From an uncultured bacterium (GTDB lineage Bacteria; Auribacterota; JACPWU01): a stretch of 32,000 nt of DNA. A program made the position numbers and the translations under genes. Below the pieces are notes generated by a model. The model saw only the letters and a list, made by a program, of their open reading frames with translations, was not told where the DNA came from and searched no databases. The stretch is from positions 516,403 through 548,402 of the forward strand of contig CAZXEQ010000001.1 of NCBI GenBank assembly GCA_964640155.1, given 5' to 3'. This document shows, piece after piece, positions 23,943 to 31,005 of this stretch. Each line of letters begins with the position of its first letter. Position 1 is the stretch's first letter.

Positions 23943-25691
23943 CTAAAAGGTCTTACTTTGAATCTCTTGGGAAAGTTTATCTAGAAAAGCAGCGATGGCC
24001 ATTGTCCCTAAATCACCCTTTTTTCGATCTCGGACTGCAACGGTTGCAGCTTTTTCCTCTCTATCTCCAACCACCAACATGTAAGGGACCTTTTCAACTT
24101 GAGCTTCTCGAATACGAAAACCTATTTTTTCAGCTCTATCATCTAATTCAAAACGAATTCCATGCTTAAGCAATTGCTCAGCAATGCTTTTCGCATAAGT
24201 GATTTGTGCCTCAGTAATCGGAAGGATCTTGACTTGAACAGGCGCTAACCACACCGGGAAAGCTCCTCCAAAATGCTCAATCAGAATCCCTAGAAACCTC
24301 TCCATACTTCCCCAAACCGCACGATGAACCATCACCACCGGATGATGTTTCCCATCAGAAGCCACATAAGTTGCTTCAAAGCGCTCCGGTAAATTAAAGT
24401 CCACTTGAACTGTTGGACCTTGCCAACCTCTACCTAAAGCATCCACTAATTTGATGTCAATTTTAGGGCCATAAAAAACGCCTTCACCTGGATCAATTTT
24501 ATAGGGAATATTTTTGACTTTAAGAGCATCTTCCAAGGCCTTTGTCGCCTGATCCCATCGTTCAATGGTTCCTGTAAATTTCTCGGGCCGAGTACTCACA
24601 GCGACTTCATATTTAAATCCAAAGGTTTTCATCATAAAATCAACTAAATCCAAAACATTTTGAATTTCGTCTTGAAGTTGTTCAGGTGCACAAAAAATAT
24701 GTGCATCATCTTGAGTGAAACCCCTAACACGCATGAGACCATGAAGAACTCCCGTTCTCTCAAAACGATAAACGGTTCCCAACTCGGCAAAGCGCAAAGG
24801 AAGATCCCGATAACTTCTCACCCCCGAACGAAACATCAGAATATGGCCAGGACAATTCATCGGTTTGGCAACATACTGAACTTCTTCTAACTCCATGGCG
24901 GGATACATATTTTCACGATAATAATCCCAATGGCCACTTTGCTTCCATAAATCAACACGAGCCACATGAGGGGTATAAACAAATTCATACCCACGGCGAA
25001 AATGTTCATCTCTCCAAAATGTTTCTAGAATCCACCGAAGACGTCCACCCTTAGGCTGCCAGAAAACAAGACCTGGACCCGCTTCTTGATGAATGCTGAA
25101 AAGGCCTAATTCTTTACCTAATTTGCGATGATCTCTGGCCTTAGATTCTTCAATTTGTTTTAAAAAATCATCTAATTCTTTTTGAGAAGGAAAAGCGGTG
25201 CCATAAATTCTTTGAAGCATTTTATTCTTTTCATTACCACGCCAATAGGCTCCAGCCACACTTAAGAGTTTAAAAGCTTTTAGCTTGCCCGTGCTTTTTA
25301 AATGAGGACCACGACAGAGATCTAAAAACTCGCCTTGCTCATAAAGGCTGACTTTGTCATCTTGAATACCTTTAAGGATTTCCACCTTGAAAGGTTCTTT
25401 CATTTCTTCAAAAATTTGAATGGCTTCCGAGCGAGGAATTTCTTTACGAATAAAGGGAAAGTTTTCTTCTTTTATTTTAAGCATTTCTTGTTCAATACGA
25501 GCAAGATCTTCAACAGAAAAGGGATGCTCTAAATCAAAATCATAATAGAAGCCCGTTTCAATAGCGGGACCAATGGCAATCTTTGTCCCAGGAAACAAGC
25601 GCTTTACAGCTTGTGCCATGATATGCGCACCACTGTGGCGACATGTTTCCAATTCTGGACTTAAACCTTCAAAATGTTCTTCACCGTACAT
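23943..25691 (-). CDS. thrS: threonine--tRNA ligase lacking the N-terminal TGS domain
   Basis: 582 aa. It starts MYGEEHFEGLSPELETCRHSGAHIMAQAV, so the editing-domain HxxxH motif is at residue ~19 instead of ~70. Class II catalytic and anticodon-binding regions are intact (KPMNCPGH, RVRGFTQDDAHIF, HRAVWGSMERF). Confidence 0.93.
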   Translation of the reverse strand: MYGEEHFEGLSPELETCRHSGAHIMAQAVKRLFPGTKIAIGPAIETGFYYDFDLEHPFSVEDLARIEQEMLKIKEENFPFIRKEIPRSEAIQIFEEMKEPFKVEILKGIQDDKVSLYEQGEFLDLCRGPHLKSTGKLKAFKLLSVAGAYWRGNEKNKMLQRIYGTAFPSQKELDDFLKQIEESKARDHRKLGKELGLFSIHQEAGPGLVFWQPKGGRLRWILETFWRDEHFRRGYEFVYTPHVARVDLWKQSGHWDYYRENMYPAMELEEVQYVAKPMNCPGHILMFRSGVRSYRDLPLRFAELGTVYRFERTGVLHGLMRVRGFTQDDAHIFCAPEQLQDEIQNVLDLVDFMMKTFGFKYEVAVSTRPEKFTGTIERWDQATKALEDALKVKNIPYKIDPGEGVFYGPKIDIKLVDALGRGWQGPTVQVDFNLPERFEATYVASDGKHHPVVMVHRAVWGSMERFLGILIEHFGGAFPVWLAPVQVKILPITEAQITYAKSIAEQLLKHGIRFELDDRAEKIGFRIREAQVEKVPYMLVVGDREEKAATVAVRDRKKGDLGTMAIAAFLDKLSQEIQSKTF

Positions 25692-25713
25692 AAACTACCT
25701 ATCTTTTCAAAAT

Positions 25714-25738
25714 TAAGATCTGGGCGATACAGGGATCG
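25714..25738. repeat. Direct repeat, left copy: 25-nt perfect duplicate of the tRNA-Val 3' end plus 7 flanking nt
   Basis: TAAGATCTGGGCGATACAGGGATCG is identical to 25950-25974. It sits 22 nt upstream of the thrS ATG on the minus strand. Confidence 0.9.
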
Positions 25739-25949
25739 GCGCCTTCGGGACTCGTCTACCCCGATATTCATCGGGGACCTTCGGACGACTCGCCCTTCGG
25801 TCGGCCATCCGCCCCTCCTACCAGTCGTACATCAGCCCCCGCCCGGCTGATGTACATTATCATGTGTCGGGACTCCATTCGATCCCTTTTGGAAATCTTT
25901 CAAAGCTCTTTCCACAAAACTTGAGCTTACTCCACCGATACTTTCTTAC
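25739..25949 (-). other. 211-nt insert between the direct repeats; its thrS-proximal ~120 nt are GC-rich and hairpin-dense
   Basis: There is an 11-bp perfect hairpin GTACATCAGCC/GGCTGATGTAC (25827-25855) and a 7-bp hairpin CCCCGAT/ATCGGGG (25759-25776). CCTTCGG occurs three times on the plus strand. My hand count over 25739-25860 gives about 63% G+C, against clearly AT-rich flanks. Confidence 0.6.
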
Positions 25950-25974
25950 TAAGATCTGGGCGATACAGGGATCG
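25950..25974. repeat. Direct repeat, right copy (overlaps the last 18 nt of tRNA-Val)
   Basis: Identical 25-mer. The repeats diverge immediately outside it on both sides. Confidence 0.9.
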
Positions 25975-26030
25975 AACCTGTGACCTCGAGCGTGTCGAGC
26001 TCGCGCTCTAGCCAGCTGAGCTAATCGCCC
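25957..26030 (-). tRNA. tRNA-Val (anticodon GAC), no encoded CCA
   Basis: Hand-folded cloverleaf of GGGCGATTAGCTCAGCTGGCTAGAGCGCGAGCTCGACACGCTCGAGGTCACAGGTTCGATCCCTGTATCGCCCA. The acceptor is GGGCGAT/ATCGCCC, the D stem GCTC/GAGC, the anticodon stem CGAGC/GCTCG with loop UCGACAC, and the T arm ACAGG-TTCGATC-CCTGT. Confidence 0.85.
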
Positions 26031-26182
26031 GTTAAAAGCAGAGAATAGTGTTTAGTGATAAGTGAATAGAGCTAATAATAAGGTCATCACATCTCACTAA
26101 AGTCTATTTTTCTCTGAAATACTATACACAACCTTTCAAAGATTTGTAGAGTAAATTTCATTCCCCTGTTAAAATAAGGTGA

Positions 26183-26566
26183 ATGACGCCTTCAAAAGAG
26201 AAATCTGTTTCACTAAAAATTTTATATCATCAAGCTTTTGGCAAAGCCCGCCGATGGTTTAAAAGCTATGTTTATACACGCCAAACTGTCCAAACTCTTT
26301 CTGCACGCACTGGTGAATGCAATCGTTGTGGAGCTTGTTGTAAAATTATTTTTCAATGTCCTTTTTACTTAGAAGAAGATGGCAAAGGAAACTGTCGTAT
26401 TTATGGCCAGCACTTTTCACAATGCAAACTTTTCCCTTTGGAACCAAAAGATTTAATAGGGATAGACGATCAGTGCGGGTATAAATTTGATACCAATAAA
26501 TTGAAGGATCTGGCAGGCAAGAGTGTCTTTACTTCGATTAGGCTAAAATTCGGGTTGCGTGAATAA
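26183..26566 (+). CDS. YkgJ-type cysteine-cluster protein (CxxCxxCC zinc/iron-chelating domain)
   Basis: 127 aa with CNRCGACCK followed by CPFYLEEDGKGNCRIYGQHFSQCKLFP. Confidence 0.7.
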   Translation: MTPSKEKSVSLKILYHQAFGKARRWFKSYVYTRQTVQTLSARTGECNRCGACCKIIFQCPFYLEEDGKGNCRIYGQHFSQCKLFPLEPKDLIGIDDQCGYKFDTNKLKDLAGKSVFTSIRLKFGLRE

Positions 26567-26921
26567 CAAAAGTCCCCGTTGAAGTCTGAAGATTTCCGCT
26601 AAAACTATTGCGATCATTAGAGAATTGAATCACAGCTGTTGCAGATTGACCATCGCTATGAATGAAGGTTGATCGGACCTGATTGTTACTCATGGTTCCT
26701 GAAAAAGCAAAATCTCCCGTTCGACTATCAATGGCAATAGTAAAAAGATTCCCAGAGTTATTAACAGTCGCAGTTCCTGCAGAGCTTCCTCCTTGTGGAT
26801 TCACAACAACAGCCGTATACCCACCTGAAGCCTTTTTAACAGTACCATTCTTACATCCAGAAGCAATGAAGACAAAACTCAACAGAAACAAAAAAGAGAG
26901 GGTAGTGAATTTGGATTTCAT
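26538..26921 (-). CDS. small beta-rich lipoprotein, unknown function
   Basis: ORF 26538-27005. The internal start MKSKFTTLSFLFLLSFVFIASGCKNG (ATG 26921) gives a signal peptide plus lipobox ASGC. Its 3' end overlaps the convergent ykgJ-like gene by 29 nt. Confidence 0.6.
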   Translation of the reverse strand: MKSKFTTLSFLFLLSFVFIASGCKNGTVKKASGGYTAVVVNPQGGSSAGTATVNNSGNLFTIAIDSRTGDFAFSGTMSNNQVRSTFIHSDGQSATAVIQFSNDRNSFSGNLQTSTGTFVIHATRILA

Positions 26922-27025
26922 GTGGAGAATTCTACCACAACTGTTGGAGATGCAAGAAAAATTTTTGCTCATGAATCTTTTTTTCAAAACTATTTGGGTG
27001 ACCAACGAACTCTAAATAAGATTTA

Positions 27026-27580
27026 TTAACTTCTTCCCAAATATTGTCCTGTTCGAGTGTCTACCTTAATCACTTCTCCCTGCTTAATAAAAATAGGGAC
27101 TTGAATACTGTAGCCTGTTTCAACTGTTGCAAGCTTCATAACATTGGTAACCGTATCACCTCGACTGCCTGGTTCTGTTTCAAGCACTTTCAAAAGAACG
27201 CTGGCCGGCATTTCTAAATCCACCACCACCCCATCATTAATCGAAAGCTTTACCTCTAAATTTTCGGCTAAGAAGTGACTTCTCTCTCCGACAATTTCAG
27301 CCGAAACAGCGTGATTATGATAATCCTCTAAATCTAAAAAATAATATTGTCCATCATTATGATAAAGATATTGGCAATCCTTGGATTCTAACATCACGGC
27401 TTCTACAGAATCTTGAGGTCGAAAACGATTTTTGACGGTTTTGCCCGTTTTTAAATTTTTTAAGGTGGTCTGAACCATGGCCCGCCAATTTCCAGGAGTC
27501 ACATGCTGATACTCCGTTACCACATGAATTTGACCATTAAAATTAATGGCCATTCCTGGTCTCAATTCTCCTGCTTGCAT
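27026..27580 (-). CDS. efp: elongation factor P family protein with a non-canonical beta3-beta4 loop (PGNWRA)
   Basis: ORF 27026-27622. ATG 27580 (MQAGELRPGMAINFNGQIHVV) is preceded by GAGGAG at an 8-nt spacing. It has the C-terminal EF-P signature ETEPGSRGDTVTNVMKLATVETGYSIQVPIFIKQGEVIKVDTRTGQYLGR. Confidence 0.9.
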   Translation of the reverse strand: MQAGELRPGMAINFNGQIHVVTEYQHVTPGNWRAMVQTTLKNLKTGKTVKNRFRPQDSVEAVMLESKDCQYLYHNDGQYYFLDLEDYHNHAVSAEIVGERSHFLAENLEVKLSINDGVVVDLEMPASVLLKVLETEPGSRGDTVTNVMKLATVETGYSIQVPIFIKQGEVIKVDTRTGQYLGRS

Positions 27581-27710
27581 AATAAAATCTCCTCTAAAGC
27601 CCCTTCTTAAACGACAGAACATCAGAAAACAAAGATCAAAACATGATGTTCAATGTACGATCTTTCATTAAAGTTGTGCTAATATAAAGCCCGATCAACA
27701 TTTTTGCAAT

Positions 27711-28988
27711 ATGAAAACACTCGCTCTCGCAACCGATCCCAAAGGGGAAGTCTTAAAATTAGAAGATTGGGCTATGATGGCTCGATCGGGAGATCTCTAT
27801 CGAGAACCTTTGGAAGAAGAGCTTTGCGACTTTCCCAAAACAGCCGAAATTTCTTTTCTCCCCAAGCGTTCTCCCATTGTTTGGAGCCCAAAACACCATC
27901 AGCCCCAGATACTTGAGCAAGACCCTTTAACAGGACAAAGCCTTTCCACTGCTTCTGCAATTTTGCCCATTGGTTATTTAAGGACACTCCTTCCAGCTTC
28001 AGCTCCTGCCCATAAAGACTTTTTACCTCAATGGGCTTATACCGCTATAGGACTTCAACAAAATAAATGGAAAGTAGCAGGGATTAAAATTGAAACCCAG
28101 AATGATCATTGGGAAAATCATTATTACAATACCCCTGAACTTTCTGTGAAACTTCAAAAAAAACTACTTCAACAACCTAAAAATCGCGTCCTTCAACAGC
28201 TTTCAATCTGCGCTAAAGATTATCACTGTAGCACCGCACAAAATATTTTCTATGAACGCTGGGAAGGAGCTCTTCCTGTTTCCCCTGCTTGTAATGCCCA
28301 ATGTGTCGGTTGCATCAGTCTTCAACCTGAAGATTTACCTCCTTCAAGCCATGAACGCATCCGATTTGCACCTACTGTAGAAGAAATCGTAGAAGTCGCT
28401 AGCTCTCATTTACAAAACGCACCTGATCCTATTTTATCTTTTGGACAAGGCTGTGAAGGAGAACCTCTATTAGCCAGTTCTCTTATTGAAAAAGCAATTT
28501 TAGAAACTCGCAAAATAACCAATCAGGGAACTCTCAATCTCAACACCAATGGCAGCCGACCTGAAGCGTTCAAAAAGCTATGTGAAGCTGGACTTCAAAC
28601 CACACGTATCAGCATGAACAGTGCACTCAAACAAACTTATGAGAACTATTATCAACCCAAGGGATATCAATTTGAAGATGTTCAACAAACAGCTCGAATT
28701 GCACATGAAGAAGGGTTAGGCGTTTCAATTAATCTTTTGACTTTCCCAGGAGTTACAGACCGCGAAGAAGAAGTGGAGGCTTTAGTAAAATTTATTCATG
28801 AAACAAAAATCCATGCGATTCAATGGCGAAATCTTGCCATTGATCCCGATCAATATCTGTTATCTTTACCTAAACGCCAAGGAAAAATCTTGGGTATTCC
28901 ATCCTTAATCCACCATCTTAAAAAAATATTCCCCCAACTCCATCACCTTTCCTTCAGTCGACCCAAAGAGTTTTTTAATGATCATTAA
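27711..28988 (+). CDS. radical SAM protein (NifB/MoaA-like core) with a ~190-aa N-terminal extension of unknown function
   Basis: 425 aa. The CX3CX2C cluster sits in LPVSPACNAQCVGCIS, followed by FGQGCEGEPLL and NLNTNGSRP. It is divergent from efp. Confidence 0.85.
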   Translation: MKTLALATDPKGEVLKLEDWAMMARSGDLYREPLEEELCDFPKTAEISFLPKRSPIVWSPKHHQPQILEQDPLTGQSLSTASAILPIGYLRTLLPASAPAHKDFLPQWAYTAIGLQQNKWKVAGIKIETQNDHWENHYYNTPELSVKLQKKLLQQPKNRVLQQLSICAKDYHCSTAQNIFYERWEGALPVSPACNAQCVGCISLQPEDLPPSSHERIRFAPTVEEIVEVASSHLQNAPDPILSFGQGCEGEPLLASSLIEKAILETRKITNQGTLNLNTNGSRPEAFKKLCEAGLQTTRISMNSALKQTYENYYQPKGYQFEDVQQTARIAHEEGLGVSINLLTFPGVTDREEEVEALVKFIHETKIHAIQWRNLAIDPDQYLLSLPKRQGKILGIPSLIHHLKKIFPQLHHLSFSRPKEFFNDH

Positions 28989-28993
28989 AAAGA

Positions 28994-29983
28994 TTACTTA
29001 GCACTGCCGTGCCTCTCGGGCAAATTCTTTTGATAAATAGCAAATCCCCGCTTAGGACCTGCTTTTGAAGGAGGAGTAGAGCGAGGTCGGGCTAATAATT
29101 TCCAAGGTTCATTTCTTAAAGTTCTCATAAATTCTTTGGCATGTTCTGAGGTTTCCTCCAAATTTTTCATCATGCGGTCAATGCCAGGACTATTGGAATG
29201 GATCAATGTCTTGGCCTCTTTAAGAAGCTCGTCCATTTCTTGAACCGTCGTATTCATTCGCTCCAAAAGCGATTGAATCTTAGGAGCGGCCTCTTTAAAT
29301 TGACCCTTCACATCCCCCGATAATTCATACATGTTTTGAAGTGTTTCACGAATGTGTTTTCGATTCTCTTTCAGAATGCCATTAATTCTTTTCGTTAGCC
29401 CTTGAGCCTGATCCATGAGGTTTTGAACTTTTTTCTCATTTGCTATCTGTTGAACCACTTCATCTACACGTGACACAGAAGAATGAATTTTATTCATGGT
29501 ATCTTTAATCACAGGCAGCATTTCATCCAATTCCTTGCCGAATTTTTCCATCACATCGGTAATATCTGAAGGACTCCGTCCAATAATAATGCTTCCTTCA
29601 GGTAAGGACTCACTGTTTTTGCCTCCCGGAGTCAACTCAATATATTTTTCGCCTAAAAAACCTAAAGATCTAATTTCCGCATCAGAATCTTTTCTGATAA
29701 TCACGTCTTTACTTAATCGAACAGAAACTTCGATATCCTTTTCGTATTGAGTCCTTTCTTCGGCAGATAAAATTCGAACCTGCACCACTTGCCCCACTTT
29801 AAAACCAGAATAAGTGACAGGTGAATCTAATTTTAAATTTCCCAAAGAAGAAAAAAGAAGTTTGTAATTTTGGGTTTCTCCCATCAGACACACCTGTCCT
29901 GCATGCATTGAAAAATAAGCCAAGACAGCACATGCAATCAAAAAGAAAATCGCAACTTTTATGCTTGATCGTAAATAATCCAT
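28994..29983 (-). CDS. mlaD: MCE/MlaD-family protein with a long helical C-terminal extension
   Basis: 329 aa. It has an N-terminal TM helix (IKVAIFFLIACAVLAYF), an MCE core (SPVTYSGFKVGQVVQVRI...GEKYIELTPG) and then ~180 aa of coiled-coil-like sequence. Confidence 0.8.
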   Translation of the reverse strand: MDYLRSSIKVAIFFLIACAVLAYFSMHAGQVCLMGETQNYKLLFSSLGNLKLDSPVTYSGFKVGQVVQVRILSAEERTQYEKDIEVSVRLSKDVIIRKDSDAEIRSLGFLGEKYIELTPGGKNSESLPEGSIIIGRSPSDITDVMEKFGKELDEMLPVIKDTMNKIHSSVSRVDEVVQQIANEKKVQNLMDQAQGLTKRINGILKENRKHIRETLQNMYELSGDVKGQFKEAAPKIQSLLERMNTTVQEMDELLKEAKTLIHSNSPGIDRMMKNLEETSEHAKEFMRTLRNEPWKLLARPRSTPPSKAGPKRGFAIYQKNLPERHGSAK

Positions 29984-30034
29984 AAATACATGCCCCCTCG
30001 TTTAAAAATCAAAACTTCTAATCTTTAATTTTAT

Positions 30035-30826
30035 TTAGCCCACCAATGTCTTTAAATATTCGCCACTATCCCTACGCAAAGGAATCGGTCCTTCTGCAGA
30101 ACCATTGATAAATTGCTGAACTATTGGATTTTTAGAATTTCGTATCTCATCCGGTGTTCCAGACTCAATGATTTTACCTCCATGCATCATCACCATTTGA
30201 TCTGCAATGCGAAAACCGGATGTCATTTCATGTGTTACCACAATAGAAGTAATTCCTAATTTTTTACTCAAGTCCAAAATCATTTGATCAATAGAAGCTA
30301 AAGTAACAGGATCTAAACCTGCTCCCGGTTCATCATAAAAAACCAATTCTGGATCAAGCGCTAAAGCTCGGGCAATCCCTACCCTCTTTTTCATTCCTCC
30401 ACTGATTTGAGAAGGCATCAAGTTTTCAAATCCACTTAAACCTACCAGTTCTAATTTAATGCGAACCATGATTTGAATAATTTTATCATTTAAAGAAGCA
30501 TGCTCTCTTAAAGGGAAGGCCACATTTTCTCCCACCGTCATTGAATTAAAAAGAGCAGCACTTTGATAAAGAATCCCTATTTTTCTTCGAATCTTGTCAA
30601 GTTCACCTTGATTCATTTGCGTAATATCTTCATTAAAAAGAAGAATGTTTCCACTATCTGGACGCAAAGTCCCCACCAAATGTTTAAGGAAAGTACTTTT
30701 TCCACAACCACTCATTCCCATAATCACGAGAATAGACCCTTTTTTAACGGTGAGATTGAGCTGATCCAACACTCGTCTTGGACCAAAACTTTTCACCAAA
30801 TTTTTAACTTCGATAATTGCGTCCAT
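30035..30826 (-). CDS. mlaF: ABC transporter ATP-binding protein, MlaF-like
   Basis: 263 aa with Walker A GMSGCGKST, the signature QISGGMKKRVGIARAL and Walker B LVFYDEPGAGLD. Confidence 0.9.
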   Translation of the reverse strand: MDAIIEVKNLVKSFGPRRVLDQLNLTVKKGSILVIMGMSGCGKSTFLKHLVGTLRPDSGNILLFNEDITQMNQGELDKIRRKIGILYQSAALFNSMTVGENVAFPLREHASLNDKIIQIMVRIKLELVGLSGFENLMPSQISGGMKKRVGIARALALDPELVFYDEPGAGLDPVTLASIDQMILDLSKKLGITSIVVTHEMTSGFRIADQMVMMHGGKIIESGTPDEIRNSKNPIVQQFINGSAEGPIPLRRDSGEYLKTLVG

Positions 30827-30866
30827 AAATTATCCACTCTATCTTCAAAACTATTCTGGTTAATAG

Positions 30867-31004
30867 ACCTCTCAAAAAGGTTTAGCTGCAAGGCATCTGC
30901 AAGCGACTGCGGTGATCCCGATATATCGGGACCGCACAAAGAAGCGCAGCGGACAGCGAAGCAGTCCTTTAGGGCAACACAGCAGATGAGCCTTTTTCAG
31001 AGGT
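30867..31004. repeat. Family-2 hairpin element, copy Y (138 nt), inside the mlaE-mlaF spacer
   Basis: The outer stem is ACCTCTCAAAAAGG / CCTTTTTCAGAGGT, with the same single C/G mismatch position as copy X. It has the same conserved flanks and an apical hairpin TCCCGAT/ATCGGGA. On the minus strand it starts 1 nt after the mlaE stop codon. Confidence 0.7.
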
Positions 31005-31005
31005 T

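Noticed and set aside
25864-25941. 78-nt tRNA-sized stretch on the minus strand inside the insert, with a D-arm-like GCTC...GAGC, a TCGAAT T-loop-like motif and a 6/7 acceptor-like pairing GTATCGG/CCGACAC.
   Set aside because: It cannot be folded into a legal cloverleaf. There are 8 nt between the acceptor and D stem, no 5-bp anticodon stem with a 7-nt loop, and the T stem is 4 bp with a 10-nt loop. At most it is a decayed tRNA fragment.
25692-25949. T-box riboswitch or E. coli-type tRNA-mimic operator upstream of thrS.
   Set aside because: I found no T-box consensus (AANNNGGGTGGTACCGCG-like), no specifier loop with a Thr codon in a stem I context, and no anticodon-arm mimic with a Thr anticodon loop.
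8098-31004. Interpreting the two hairpin families as MITEs, integron attC sites or Correia-like elements.
   Set aside because: The terminal arms differ between copies in a compensated way instead of being conserved for a transposase. No target-site duplication is evident, there is no R'/R'' attC core (GTTRRRY), and no integrase or transposase is in the window. A mobile origin cannot be excluded with only two copies each.
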